Positions 15,057-25,751 are shown, counted from the stretch's first letter. The stretch: DNA of 64,000 nucleotides from Patescibacteria group bacterium (GCA_003504275.1 DOAO01000009.1:24405-88404); one strand, 5' to 3'. The notes: generated by a model not told the origin, from the letters alone. Translations and numbers: made by a program.

Positions 15057-15602
15057 CTAGGTTATTCTGGCTAAATGATTATTCTTAATTAAATTAAATA
15101 TAAGTTGTTCATTATTTAACCATGCAAAGGCAATGCCGGGTCCATGCGAAATGCTAATGATTCTGTGAAAAATTCCAGAATGAATGGGTGTTGTGACCAA
15201 CGTAACGGTTTCAGCATCGATACGATGGAGACTTACTTTAATTAATTTATTGCCAGTATATTTGTCTAGAGTACCTCTTAAATCATTAAGTCCATCTTTT
15301 ATGGAAATATCTTTGACTAAATATTTAACATCTTTAACCCCAGAGAATATTACTGAGATAAACTTACCTTTTTCAACTTTTTCAATCTTTTCGATTTCTA
15401 AAAAAACATAACCGTATACCTTCCCGCGAGAACTTAGTGGGTCAATGTGTACCCACACACGATCACCTGGGGACAATTTCAAAACATCATCTAATTCTAA
15501 ATAGACCAACGATTCACGGATTTCTTCGCTATCCCAGTTCGTCCACAAGTTGTAATACACGAGAACTGCCCCTGGTTCAAATAAGTTGTTTTTTATTTGC
15601 AT
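15057..15602 (-). CDS. Hypothetical protein (181 aa)
   Basis: RBS AAGGGAGGA 8 nt before the ATG at 15602 (MQIKNN...). No confident domain. Confidence 0.5.
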   Translation of the reverse strand: MQIKNNLFEPGAVLVYYNLWTNWDSEEIRESLVYLELDDVLKLSPGDRVWVHIDPLSSRGKVYGYVFLEIEKIEKVEKGKFISVIFSGVKDVKYLVKDISIKDGLNDLRGTLDKYTGNKLIKVSLHRIDAETVTLVTTPIHSGIFHRIISISHGPGIAFAWLNNEQLIFNLIKNNHLARIT

Positions 15603-15780
15603 AGACAGCATCCTCCCTTTTTTTATTTTTTCAAATTACGTTCCAGGTTCTCTGAAATATATTACGACCATTGGGATTTTATGTCAATATACCCATATTT
15701 GTCTTGACTTATTTACAAAACAGGGTTATTCTATCAGCGAACAAAAAACAGTTTTTTGAAAACAAAAAGGAGGAGTTTTT

Positions 15781-16116
15781 ATGTCAGATTCAGAATTAAA
15801 CCTTCCCATTTTAGACGCAACAGAAAATACGGAGCCTAAAGTTCCGGAACTTTGCGATTTTATTGGCAAGGACATACCTCGTCGCCATCGGGATATATTC
15901 ACCAGCAAATATCTGGATATTGAATCAATGTTTGAGATTATGAATATTCTTCATACCTCCAACCCTGAATTGTACAAAGCTGCTACAAAAAAGATTCAAG
16001 AAAACGGAGGAGCCAAGACGCTATTTTGCTTAGGCTCAAGAGAGGCCGCCAATCTCATATATAGACATCTGATAACCTCCGCAAAAGAAATCGAAGAATA
16101 TCGCACAAAAAATTAA
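15781..16116 (+). CDS. Hypothetical protein (111 aa)
   Basis: RBS AAAAGGAGGAG; candidate promoter TTGACT-17-TATTCT upstream; own terminator at 16141-16174. Confidence 0.55.
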   Translation: MSDSELNLPILDATENTEPKVPELCDFIGKDIPRRHRDIFTSKYLDIESMFEIMNILHTSNPELYKAATKKIQENGGAKTLFCLGSREAANLIYRHLITSAKEIEEYRTKN

Positions 16117-16225
16117 TCTTTTTGACGAAGTTCACAACCCCAAGTAAAAAATACTTGGGGTTTTTATTTTGACATAGCGTATGTTAGCCTAAAGAAAAGG
16201 GACTTTGAAAAAAGGAGGTGGACAA

Positions 16226-17344
16226 ATGGACTCGATCATTGTTGTATTCTTGTTTTCTTTTATTTTTGACGGGTTAATGATAACTATGTACCTGCTTGTA
16301 AAATATCTTTTAAAAAAATTTTCGTCAGATCATACCAAGGTTTCAGTTATTGTCCCCCTCTACAATAAAGAGCGGACTATAGGTAATTTAATCAAACGCC
16401 TAAGGTGTCTGTTTCCACTTAAAAACATCTTTGTTATAAATGATGCAAGTACCGACAGGAGTTTTAAGATAGCCCAAAAATATGGCAAGGGTATCAATAT
16501 AATTGATCTTAAAAAAAACGTCGGTAAGGTTGGAGCTATCTCTTTTGTTATGAGCAAAATAACCACTCCATTTACTCTTATTTTGGATGCCGATGTAATG
16601 CTTGGAAGTGATTTTAAGTGCCCAACTTCTCTTTTGGATGAAAAAATAACCGCATGTTCATTTAATGTCATGCCGATGAAAACCGGAAAAATACTTTGCG
16701 ATCTTCAGTCTCATGAATATGCTAAATCAATGGAGCTTGGAAGAAGGTTTCAAGACATAACGTCTTCTGTGTCTTGTATATCGGGAGCGGCGGGACTTTT
16801 TCAAACAGAACGATTAAGGGAACTAACCAATTTACATAGCAATAATTGGGATGGAGAGGATTTTGAACGCACACTAATAGAGCTTGATAGAGACGGAAAG
16901 GTTTCTTATGTACCAGAACTCGTTGAAACAGAGGTTCCCAAAAGATTCGTGAAGCTTATAAAACAAAGAATTACGGGCTGGTGGCCGGGATTATGGAGAA
17001 ATATACCCATAATGCTCAAGCTTATGATGAAGCCAAGCTCTCACTTTCTGTTTAAAATTGATCTTTTTTACCAGTTATTTAGTCTATTCACAGATATCTT
17101 CAAGATAATAACACTGTTTACTGTCATATATAACAAATGCTTTATAGTACTATTAACCATGTATTTTTTGTACTTAATATTAGACGTTTTGTCTTACAAA
17201 AAAATAGGTGGAAATTATCTTGAATACCCCAAAACAACTTTAGCTTTGTACCCTATATACAACGTGGCTCAGATGTTGATGAGGGTTGCCGGATTATTTG
17301 TTCTAATAAAAAAATACCTCAGAACAAAGATGCAAAAAACTTAA
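16226..17344 (+). CDS. Family 2 glycosyltransferase with C-terminal membrane domain
   Basis: GT2 motifs: VSVIVPLYNKE, DAS (INDASTDRS), DADV (LILDADVML), then several TM helices. RBS AAAGGAGGTGG. Confidence 0.75.
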   Translation: MDSIIVVFLFSFIFDGLMITMYLLVKYLLKKFSSDHTKVSVIVPLYNKERTIGNLIKRLRCLFPLKNIFVINDASTDRSFKIAQKYGKGINIIDLKKNVGKVGAISFVMSKITTPFTLILDADVMLGSDFKCPTSLLDEKITACSFNVMPMKTGKILCDLQSHEYAKSMELGRRFQDITSSVSCISGAAGLFQTERLRELTNLHSNNWDGEDFERTLIELDRDGKVSYVPELVETEVPKRFVKLIKQRITGWWPGLWRNIPIMLKLMMKPSSHFLFKIDLFYQLFSLFTDIFKIITLFTVIYNKCFIVLLTMYFLYLILDVLSYKKIGGNYLEYPKTTLALYPIYNVAQMLMRVAGLFVLIKKYLRTKMQKT

Positions 17345-17452
17345 AACACCCGCTAAGGGTGTTTTTTATATAAAAATAGGCTATCTTTGACAAACGACAA
17401 CAAAAATATAGTATTTAGTTAAATTAGTAATTTGAAAAAAGGAGGTGTTTAG

Positions 17453-17656
17453 ATGAAAAAAGCTAAGATGGTTGCACATCACGACGATCCACCATGTAGA
17501 GAAAAACTAGAGGATGATCATTATTGTCCTAAATGTAAATTATATCCGGATAGTCAGAGCATATGCTTTCACTCCTATTGTCCGGACTGTGAAGTTCCTT
17601 TAAAGGAAATGCGGTGCCCAAAATGTAAAAAAAAATTCAAATCAGCCAGAGGATAG
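17453..17656 (+). CDS. Small Cys-rich zinc-ribbon protein (67 aa; four CxxC pairs)
   Basis: CPKC...CPDC...CPKC; RBS AAAAGGAGGTG; own terminator. Confidence 0.5.
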   Translation: MKKAKMVAHHDDPPCREKLEDDHYCPKCKLYPDSQSICFHSYCPDCEVPLKEMRCPKCKKKFKSARG

Positions 17657-17671
17657 CTTTTCATTTTTTAA

Positions 17672-17700
17672 AAAATAACCCCCTTAATTGGGGGTTTTAT
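17672..17700. terminator. Bidirectional terminator between convergent genes
   Basis: ccccc-ttaatt-ggggg hairpin with flanking A and T tracts. Confidence 0.6.
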
Positions 17701-17719
17701 TATATGTGTTTTAATTTTT

Positions 17720-18628
17720 TTATTCGTCTACGTCATACTCAGCAAGGATTTTTCTTATTTGATTTTCTATTTGCATCTCCCTTGTTCTTGTTTCAGTGAA
17801 ATATTTAGCAGAGCCATAGTGACCGGTTGGTTTTGGATATTTTTCTGCCAAATCTCTCATTGTTAAAATGAATTTTTTTAAATCCCAGTCTAACGTGCAA
17901 AGTAAGTCATCCAAGAGTTCGAAGTAGTGTGAGTATGTGTGAATAAATGATATTTCCGCAGTATTAATGGCGCCACTATTATAAATTATCTTGTTTTTTA
18001 TTTTTAAAAAATCCACCAAACTTATTTCCTTATTTTTATATAAGGAAACTAATTCAGTTAATTTTTTATAACAAGTGTTTATATTATTATCAGTGTTACT
18101 GTAGGAGTAAGGGTGCCTTACTAAGTTAAATATTATGGACTTCTGGTCTGCTCCCAAGAAAATCATGGTCGCAACATAAGAAATAAGAGTTGCGGCAGCC
18201 TCTTCCATATCCAGCGGTAAACCCAGATTACAGTGAGCATCTTCGTGAAATATCAATTCTATGAATTCTTCTTGGCTACGGCCGAGTGCCTGTCTTGTAA
18301 TAAGACTTTCACCCTCAATACCATCTGTGACAAAAAAATACATATCATATTCCTCGGGGGTTATGCCTTCCTCCCTTAGGAGTGGTAGGTTTTTTTCAAG
18401 AGTACCGTGTTTGCATTCTCTGGAAATAAGGATCGGGTCAATATAGGAAAATGCAACCTCATCTTTTTTTTGATAAAAGAGTCTATTATACGAACCTGGC
18501 TGTTCTTCAAATTTTTTAAAATTTTTGGTTTTTCTAAAACCAAAATTTTTAATACCGAATTCCTTAACTTTTTGGACAAGGCTTAACAATAACCGCTCTC
18601 TTTTGCTAAATTCAGCTTTCTTTTTCAT
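17720..18628 (-). CDS. Putative HExxH zinc metallopeptidase-like protein
   Basis: IFHEDAHCNLG (HExxH) followed by an acidic region (DMEEAA); no TM. Confidence 0.45.
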   Translation of the reverse strand: MKKKAEFSKRERLLLSLVQKVKEFGIKNFGFRKTKNFKKFEEQPGSYNRLFYQKKDEVAFSYIDPILISRECKHGTLEKNLPLLREEGITPEEYDMYFFVTDGIEGESLITRQALGRSQEEFIELIFHEDAHCNLGLPLDMEEAAATLISYVATMIFLGADQKSIIFNLVRHPYSYSNTDNNINTCYKKLTELVSLYKNKEISLVDFLKIKNKIIYNSGAINTAEISFIHTYSHYFELLDDLLCTLDWDLKKFILTMRDLAEKYPKPTGHYGSAKYFTETRTREMQIENQIRKILAEYDVDE

Positions 18629-18742
18629 TTAGCCACACTCCTTTTTTCAAAGTTCTTTTTATCCTGACACCACACTACCAGTTTAAATAATAATGTCAAA
18701 AATCCCACCCTTTAGCGGGATAATTTTTTTCTGGGTTTATTT

Positions 18743-21133
18743 TTATAAATCTATCGGTCTTAGTTCAATCTTGTCTCCACCAACAAGCTCTCCTGATATC
18801 ATTTTCCTTGCGATAGATTGCTCTACCTTATCCTGAATATATCTGTTCATTGGTCTGGCCCCAAATATATCATTTGCACCTTCTGTGGCCACAGCCATGG
18901 CTAATTCATCGGTAACAACGAAATTAATTCCTTTCCCCGTCAACCTCTTTTTGAGCTTATTAAGCATAATTTTAGCGATTTGGAATAGTTCTGATTTGTC
19001 TAACGGATGGAATATAACTGTTGCATCAAAACGATTAATAAGTTCTGGTTTAAATACCCCCGTGTCAACAATTTTATTTACAATACTATCTTTTTGTCCT
19101 ATCAAATCCTTATTCTCTTTGATAAGCTGGAATATGTAATCTGAAGCTGCGTTTGAGGTGGCTATTATTATAACATTTCGCAGACTTACTTTTTTGCCGT
19201 CCATATCAGAGAAAAATCCTTCATCAAGTATTTGAAGGAAGAGGTTCTGAACGTCTTTCTCGGCTTTTTCAAATTCATCTAGAAGTAGTACTCCGTATGG
19301 ATTTTCTCGCAACATTGAAGATAGTACTCCCGACTTTCCATTTTCAAATGAACCGATAAGTCGTTGCAACGAATCTGATTTTTGATACTCAGTCATATCC
19401 AAACGAAGCATAAATCTTTCTTCACCAAAAAATACCGAAGCAAGAGCTTTGGCGGTCTCTGTCTTACCCACGCCCGTAGGTCCCAGAAACAAGAATGTGC
19501 CAATAGGTTTCTTTGAGTTCCTTATATCGGCCCTGGTTCTTCTCATTGCATTACTAATAACGGAAACTGCTTCTTCTTGCCCGATTATTCTTTCGTGAAG
19601 GATGGATTCTAGATTTAGAAGTTTATCTTTTTCTGTTGACTCCATTTTGCCTAAAGGAATCTTTGTTTTCATTTCTATAAAATTCAGGACGTCATTCCTT
19701 GTAATGTAATCACTTTTCCTCAATGAAGATCCGATTATTTCAAAAAGAATATCTATTGCCCCGTCTGGCATTACGTTTCCGGGAAAATATTGAGTTGCCC
19801 CGGTAACAATTTCTTTAATAGCGGGATAAGAAAAGAAAAGACCTTTTGTTTTTTCTATTTTTCTAACTGTATTTTTAATTATTTCAATCGTTTTTTCCTC
19901 GTCGGTTTCTTCTATACTTACCTGATTAAAACGTCTCATGAGATCCGGATTTTTTTCAATTAATTGATGGAATTTATGATTGTCTGTGGTGGCTAATATT
20001 TGTAGTTGTGATTCCAGATAAGGATCTAGAATGCTTTGTACGTTTACACCCAGCGCTCCCGCAGAAACCATAAAGCCGGGAAAATCCTCCATGACCAATA
20101 TGATGTTTCCTGCCTGTAGTGCTTCATTTAAAACGTTAAGAAGCTCTGTTTCTAGGCCCGTCTTGTCTTTATTTGCAGCAACAAGATTATTCCAGTTTAA
20201 AATGAACACACGCTTATATTCGAGCGCGGGATGTATCTTGCCTCTATCTAGTTTTCTTACAAATTCCGAAACCATATCCATTACACCAGCCCCAGGTTCC
20301 CCCACAAGTAGTGCGTTAGACTCCCTGCCTTTGCTTAAAATACTTTCTAACTGACCGACTTCCGTTCCAAATTCCTTAATGTCAAAATCAATACTCGGCG
20401 CTACGGCTTCTGGAGCAAGATCCTTACCATACTTGACTAGATAATAGAGCCTTCCAAAATTCCAATCCTTACCAATCCCCGGTATTTTAACAAGATATTC
20501 TCGCCACCACCAAGCCTCCCTTCTGTACTCCTTCTCCATATCTGTTATCACCCAGTCTAAAATATTTGAAAAAATCTTTTTATCTATCCCATAAGACGAA
20601 AGTAGTTTCTTGAAACCCTGATCTGCCTCAAAAATAGCTAGAGCAAGTTCTTTTGCATTTAATATTTCCTTTGATGGGTCTGTGCTCACAACGTCAACAA
20701 TAACTTCAGCGTCGCCTCTTTTTTCCAATAAATTGGTAATAATATTTATTGGTATTTCTGTACGAAGAATCACTCTTTGTCCAAAAGGCGAAAAAATGAA
20801 GGAGCTAAGTAAGTCGTCACCTGCGCAATGAATAATACTACCGGAAATTATTTCTGATTCATTTCTTCCGTAATAAGAAGCGAAGAATGCCTCAAGTGAA
20901 AAAAGCACCATTGTAAGGGATAAGAAAATCATAAAACCACCTAATAGTTGTGATTCTAATGCCGTATTTGCTCCAGTAAGAAAAACCACAGTGTATATAA
21001 GACCAATTATTAGAGTAGTGTTTTTTATAAAGAAATAGGCCTTTCTTCTAATTTTATGAGGAAAAATTCCTTCCATTCCAAAGATTCCAATGAAGGAAGC
21101 GCCTCTTAATAAAGATTTGTTTGTGGTTATCAT
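18743..21133 (-). CDS. Membrane-anchored ClpA/ClpB-like AAA+ ATPase with a degenerate D1 domain and an intact D2
   Basis: Two N-terminal TM helices. D1 Walker A is GEPGAGVM (Lys lost) and Walker B reads ED instead of DE. D2 has GPTGVGKTETAKALA, RLDMTEY, LLLDEFEKA and the GARP sensor-2. Start taken as the ATG at 21133, which overlaps the stop of the upstream gene in ATGA. Confidence 0.75.
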   Translation of the reverse strand: MITTNKSLLRGASFIGIFGMEGIFPHKIRRKAYFFIKNTTLIIGLIYTVVFLTGANTALESQLLGGFMIFLSLTMVLFSLEAFFASYYGRNESEIISGSIIHCAGDDLLSSFIFSPFGQRVILRTEIPINIITNLLEKRGDAEVIVDVVSTDPSKEILNAKELALAIFEADQGFKKLLSSYGIDKKIFSNILDWVITDMEKEYRREAWWWREYLVKIPGIGKDWNFGRLYYLVKYGKDLAPEAVAPSIDFDIKEFGTEVGQLESILSKGRESNALLVGEPGAGVMDMVSEFVRKLDRGKIHPALEYKRVFILNWNNLVAANKDKTGLETELLNVLNEALQAGNIILVMEDFPGFMVSAGALGVNVQSILDPYLESQLQILATTDNHKFHQLIEKNPDLMRRFNQVSIEETDEEKTIEIIKNTVRKIEKTKGLFFSYPAIKEIVTGATQYFPGNVMPDGAIDILFEIIGSSLRKSDYITRNDVLNFIEMKTKIPLGKMESTEKDKLLNLESILHERIIGQEEAVSVISNAMRRTRADIRNSKKPIGTFLFLGPTGVGKTETAKALASVFFGEERFMLRLDMTEYQKSDSLQRLIGSFENGKSGVLSSMLRENPYGVLLLDEFEKAEKDVQNLFLQILDEGFFSDMDGKKVSLRNVIIIATSNAASDYIFQLIKENKDLIGQKDSIVNKIVDTGVFKPELINRFDATVIFHPLDKSELFQIAKIMLNKLKKRLTGKGINFVVTDELAMAVATEGANDIFGARPMNRYIQDKVEQSIARKMISGELVGGDKIELRPIDL

Positions 21134-21507
21134 TTTATAAAAATAACTAACCCTTTGGTTAAAAGATATAAAATAATAAGTGGCCATACGAGCCAAAGAG
21201 TGAGCGCAACCGGACCCAGTGCTATAACTAAAATAACGAATACTAAACCGATTATTATTGTTATTGAGCGTAAAAATATACCAAATAGTCTCATTATGGT
21301 ATCAATAATAATGAAAGTAACATCAAAAAATCCCTTTCTCTCTTCCCCCAGTCTTTTCCACGGAGAAAAGAAAGTTTTTAATAATAGTGGTATTGAAAAA
21401 AAGTTAAATGTAAACCAGATAAAATTAATCCATATCGTAAATAGATCTTTTATTGCACGAGTATAATGCCACACAACATATCTTAAAAAATATAGAATTA
21501 TGTCCAT
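21130..21507 (-). CDS. Small polytopic membrane protein, translationally coupled to the Clp-like ATPase
   Basis: Three or four predicted TM helices; 4-nt start/stop overlap with the downstream gene. Confidence 0.5.
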   Translation of the reverse strand: MDIILYFLRYVVWHYTRAIKDLFTIWINFIWFTFNFFSIPLLLKTFFSPWKRLGEERKGFFDVTFIIIDTIMRLFGIFLRSITIIIGLVFVILVIALGPVALTLWLVWPLIILYLLTKGLVIFIK

Positions 21508-21600
21508 ACAAACATTATACCGCGATAGTTATTAAAACATAACAGTATGCCTGTGAATAAATATAAAGATCAACTGACCTTGCGAATAAATTTAATGGTT

Positions 21601-22629
21601 TTATTTTGTATAATAGAATAATTCTAATATCAATATTACGAGCCAACCTATTTGCAAGAAGAAAAATGCCCAAATTTGAATTAATTCCAATCTCTGAAGA
21701 TTAGACATTCCTAGGTTTTCAGAGGCAATCGAATAAATATCTTCAAGGGATTCCATTTTTTCTTTTATTGTTCCCCTCCATCCGTCTAAGCGAAACTTTT
21801 TAGACATTAAATCGTATAATCTGGCGGAGTACCAATCTCCTATAAGCTTCATATTTCTCTCTAGTGCTTCAAATTGTGCGATCGACTGTACGCGAAGCTT
21901 TATTATATCTCTAAACTCCTGGGTTACTTCTTTGCTTGGGATAACCCGCCAAAGCTTTATGTTGTCTATCTGTATCGCCTTGGATATCTTCTTCATTCTC
22001 TCGTCTAAATCTTCATCTAAAATTCTATATCTCAACAGTTGATAATTAGCCAATTGAAGAAGCTCGATATCCTCATCAAAATCACCCTGCTGATCAAACA
22101 CAATAGCACCATCCCAATCTACAATCATAAGGTCGTCTTTGCTGTATTTGAACTGAAAAGAAAGGGTGTAATCAACTTCTTTTTCATCCAAAATGGATTT
22201 TTCCGATTTAAGCAAACCCGCTATTTTTTCTTCACGGTCTTTTATAAAATCTTCTGGATCACCTTCGTATCCCGAGACCTGATAAACAGTGTACTCTTCA
22301 GAAGGTTCTTCTTTTGCACCATTTTTAGTAGCGCTTTGGTGACAAGCCTTGAGCATTCCCGCCTTAAGCTCTAAAATATTTTCTGCAAAAACATCTTCAA
22401 CCTCTGTAGTTGCTTCAATAACAATTGCATCAGGCTGGTATGTTTTTATGAATAACTCAATATTTTTTTTTCCTATTTTTATCTTTTCTTTGCCAATTAT
22501 ATATTGTGCGGGAACGGATTTGTCAAAATAAGAAGGAGCGCTTTTGGGTAAAATTGGTGGCGGCGCCTCTTTTCCTGTTTTTTTAATCTTAGCAGCTTCT
22601 GCTATGACAAATGATGTTATTTTGAACAT
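21601..22629 (-). CDS. Hypothetical protein with C-terminal TM anchor
   Basis: Long soluble domain plus a C-terminal hydrophobic helix; RBS AAAAGAGG. No confident family. Confidence 0.5.
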   Translation of the reverse strand: MFKITSFVIAEAAKIKKTGKEAPPPILPKSAPSYFDKSVPAQYIIGKEKIKIGKKNIELFIKTYQPDAIVIEATTEVEDVFAENILELKAGMLKACHQSATKNGAKEEPSEEYTVYQVSGYEGDPEDFIKDREEKIAGLLKSEKSILDEKEVDYTLSFQFKYSKDDLMIVDWDGAIVFDQQGDFDEDIELLQLANYQLLRYRILDEDLDERMKKISKAIQIDNIKLWRVIPSKEVTQEFRDIIKLRVQSIAQFEALERNMKLIGDWYSARLYDLMSKKFRLDGWRGTIKEKMESLEDIYSIASENLGMSNLQRLELIQIWAFFFLQIGWLVILILELFYYTK

Positions 22630-22755
22630 TTAATAATTATACCTCTTTTAAGAAAATTTTTCAGCCAAAAAGAAAGCCGCCCAATCTATCTAAAAAATTT
22701 TTAGACAAATTGGGTGGCTAACTTTCGTTTTCTTCTATCATTTTATAGATGAAAA

Positions 22756-23043
22756 TTAAGAACTTTTTAACTCGGTCTCTTGGAGAGTTATTCGTCCCTC
22801 TCTCGTTGAGATGTAGTAAGTGCCAATCATTGTTCCGACAGAACAACCCAAGGCATAAACCAAAACCAGGTTGAAGTTCTCGATGTCATTTACTATCTTA
22901 TCTAGAACATAATACCAGATAAAGATATTGATTATTGTTACCATCCCACTTTCAATCACCCTCGCTTTTGTGACTGTTTCTGTCCAGGCGGTAACAACCA
23001 TCATCTCTACTATCCCCACCATAAATAACATCAGCTCGTTCAT
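22756..23043 (-). CDS. Small membrane protein
   Basis: Three predicted TM helices; no RBS evidence. Confidence 0.35.
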   Translation of the reverse strand: MNELMLFMVGIVEMMVVTAWTETVTKARVIESGMVTIINIFIWYYVLDKIVNDIENFNLVLVYALGCSVGTMIGTYYISTREGRITLQETELKSS

Positions 23044-23168
23044 ATAGCTGTTTCTGATTATAATTGTTAAAAAACCGACCTTTTTAACAATATCATATTT
23101 GGCACCTGAAGTAAAATAAGAGCGTAAAAATATCCATCAAAATAAGGACATAATGAAAATAAATATTT

Positions 23169-23606
23169 TTATTTTTTCCCAGTACTACCAAACCCTCCCC
23201 TGTCGCAAATATTCATCTTGGGGACTTCCTTCCATTCAACCTTTACAATAGGAACGATAAATCCTTGTGTTAACCTGTCTCCTTTTTCTATTTTTACAGT
23301 TTTGTCTGAGAAATTATACAGAGCGGCGCGATATTCATCTCCATCTCCACAGAAATCCTCATCAAACACCCCAATACTGTTTGCCAAAAGTACCCCCTTT
23401 TTGTGTAGAGAGCTTCTGGGCGCCATAAGCAGAGTGTGGTTTTTGGGTATCTTTATGCACACATTAAGGGGAACATAAGATATCTCTTTTGGTTTTATCT
23501 CAGCGTCTTCTCTGGCCATAAAATCGAAAGCAACTGATCCACCTGTCTGATATCTTGGAAGTTCTATAGAATTATCTAATCTTTTTACTTTTAGTTTTTT
23601 GAACAT
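23169..23606 (-). CDS. dut: dUTP diphosphatase
   Basis: dUTPase motifs (GSVAFD, PRSSL, GVFDEDFCGDG, GGFGSTG). Start at the ATG at 23606. Confidence 0.85.
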   Translation of the reverse strand: MFKKLKVKRLDNSIELPRYQTGGSVAFDFMAREDAEIKPKEISYVPLNVCIKIPKNHTLLMAPRSSLHKKGVLLANSIGVFDEDFCGDGDEYRAALYNFSDKTVKIEKGDRLTQGFIVPIVKVEWKEVPKMNICDRGGFGSTGKK

Positions 23607-23741
23607 TATTTTTATATTATTATAGAACTTGTAAATTTGAATCAGAACGAGGAGAAGACGAGCACTGCGACGAAGCTGTATAAAAATACTGCGAGGAGAA
23701 AGCGGAGTCTTCGACAAAGTTATGATTCAGATTTACGAGTT

Positions 23742-24485
23742 CTATCTGACTACGAAGGAAGTCCTAGCTGTAACCATAACCTCCTTCTCAATACTCTGTG
23801 TATCATACTGTCCATAATCAGAAACTTCTATGGAATTTGGAGCAAGTACCTGGACAACCCCACTTGAGGCTGCTTTCATCGCACCGATAGTTCTTCCGCC
23901 ACTCTTTGCCAACATTTCCGCTCTAGCTTTTGCATCTTTTACAGCCTCTCCCAGAAGACTTACGCGAAGCTCGGCCAATTTTGAATAATAATATTCAGGA
24001 GATTGATTTGAGAAAAATACCCCCCTATTTATTATATCTTGAGTATTTTTAGCAACATTCGTTATCTTAACAATATCATTGGAATTTATTGTTATGTTTT
24101 GCAAAAGAGAATACTCTCGTGGTCCCGCATTACCTGAAGGATTGTATTTATATATTTCATTTGTAAATATCGGGGTTGTTGTTATTTCGGATTCAAGAAT
24201 TCCTTTAGATTCTAAGAATTTTTTTACTATCGCAAGATCATCTACTAGATCAGCATAACCTTTCTTAAGATTTCCCTCTGTAACTGTCCTTGAGATAGAA
24301 GTACTCCATTTTACAGAATCAGAAGTTACTCTTTGTTTTGCTGAACCAGTAGTCGATAGAGTATTGTCAAAGGTTCTTATTAGATAAAAAGTATAAGTAG
24401 CACCCATTGCTGAGAGAAAAAGTCCGAGCGCCAATACTATGGCGGCGGTAACTATTTCATTTTTTGAAAATAAATTTTTTTCCAT
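23742..24485 (-). CDS. SIMPL-domain (DUF541) protein
   Basis: N-terminal TM/signal, then a SIMPL-like alternating pattern. Confidence 0.65.
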   Translation of the reverse strand: MEKNLFSKNEIVTAAIVLALGLFLSAMGATYTFYLIRTFDNTLSTTGSAKQRVTSDSVKWSTSISRTVTEGNLKKGYADLVDDLAIVKKFLESKGILESEITTTPIFTNEIYKYNPSGNAGPREYSLLQNITINSNDIVKITNVAKNTQDIINRGVFFSNQSPEYYYSKLAELRVSLLGEAVKDAKARAEMLAKSGGRTIGAMKAASSGVVQVLAPNSIEVSDYGQYDTQSIEKEVMVTARTSFVVR

Positions 24486-24557
24486 AATGTTATAACTAGA
24501 CTAATAAGTATAATTATAACATTTTTTAAGAGCAATAAAAGTACAATAAAAAAGAAG

Positions 24558-25688
24558 TTAGAAGCCTGCCGTTTCTCTAATAACAGCCACCATTTGCTCG
24601 TTAATGACCTTTGGGTCTAGGTATTTTTTTAAGTTATTTAACTGCTTGGGCAATATATGCTGTCCGCAAAGCTCTTTTGCTCTTTCGGCTACCTTTTTTA
24701 AGTCGTCAAACGGCATAACCATTTTTCCTAAACCCGCTAATTTTAGTATCTCTGCACACCCCATATTTTCGTTTACAAGAACAGGTATACCTAAACAAGC
24801 AGCTTCCATGGGAACATTTCCAAATGTCTCAAAAAAAGATGGGCAAATTATAAGTCCCTGACTTTTATAAAAATCAGATATTCCCGATGGTGACATCTGT
24901 GCAACCCTATGTATTGATTTCGGCATCCTGGTTATTTTTGCGGTGCCCGTAACAAAAGACGCTGAATGTTCCCATTTTTGTTTTTTTAATATTTTGTGAA
25001 TTTCAAAATATGCTTGAAAATTTTTTATATAATCCCAACGTCCGATAGCCGCAATTCTCCTTTCAACTGATCTAACCGCTGGAATCGTGTCAGGTATAGT
25101 TACAGGATTCGGAATAACGAAAGCATTGTTAACTGCGTATTTGTAAACCTCCTCCTCGACAACTTTTTTACACAATTCAGACGGAAAAATAAAAGAATCA
25201 ACCCTTTTTTCAAAAGACTTCTCCATTTGTTGAAAAATTTTTCTTGCTTTTGGTTTGAGTCCCGCGGTTTCTCTAGATAAAACTCCCGCATACCTAAGAA
25301 CTATAGGAATTTTTAATTCTTTAGCTGCTATGGATAATATCCACGGCATATAATAAGTGCCATTAAGTAGAACAACGTCTGGCCTTTCCTGCATCAAGAT
25401 TTTTTTTATAAGTTTTATTGTTGGTCTATACCTGCTCTCTAATTCTTTGATATTTTTAGAGTTATTGACCTGTTTCATTATTGGTATGTCGTGAATATTG
25501 ATTATATGGTGCTCAAACCAGTCTGGAGAAAAATGCCAGAATGCAGTGGCTCCATGTATATATCTTCTTCCGTTCAATTCGATACCCATAACACCCCTCC
25601 CTGTTCCGTGAAGGAAGTTTAAGAGGTTAATGTTTGATATTGTTATCCCACCTAGATAATCCCGTGTAACATTCATTGCTATTCTCAT
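24558..25688 (-). CDS. Family 1 glycosyltransferase (GT-B fold)
   Basis: The EX7E-type motif ETFGNVPMEAACLGIPVL. Confidence 0.75.
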   Translation of the reverse strand: MRIAMNVTRDYLGGITISNINLLNFLHGTGRGVMGIELNGRRYIHGATAFWHFSPDWFEHHIINIHDIPIMKQVNNSKNIKELESRYRPTIKLIKKILMQERPDVVLLNGTYYMPWILSIAAKELKIPIVLRYAGVLSRETAGLKPKARKIFQQMEKSFEKRVDSFIFPSELCKKVVEEEVYKYAVNNAFVIPNPVTIPDTIPAVRSVERRIAAIGRWDYIKNFQAYFEIHKILKKQKWEHSASFVTGTAKITRMPKSIHRVAQMSPSGISDFYKSQGLIICPSFFETFGNVPMEAACLGIPVLVNENMGCAEILKLAGLGKMVMPFDDLKKVAERAKELCGQHILPKQLNNLKKYLDPKVINEQMVAVIRETAGF

Positions 25689-25751
25689 GGCTTAGTTATA
25701 TCAAACTTCAATATATTTGACAAGTTGTATTTACCATTATGATATAGAAAT

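Noticed and set aside
21601-22629. Assignment of ORF 21601..22629 to the DUF155/RMD1 (YagE) family
   Set aside because: The only support is the overall architecture (soluble domain plus C-terminal TM) and vague motif resemblance, which is too weak to assert without a profile search.
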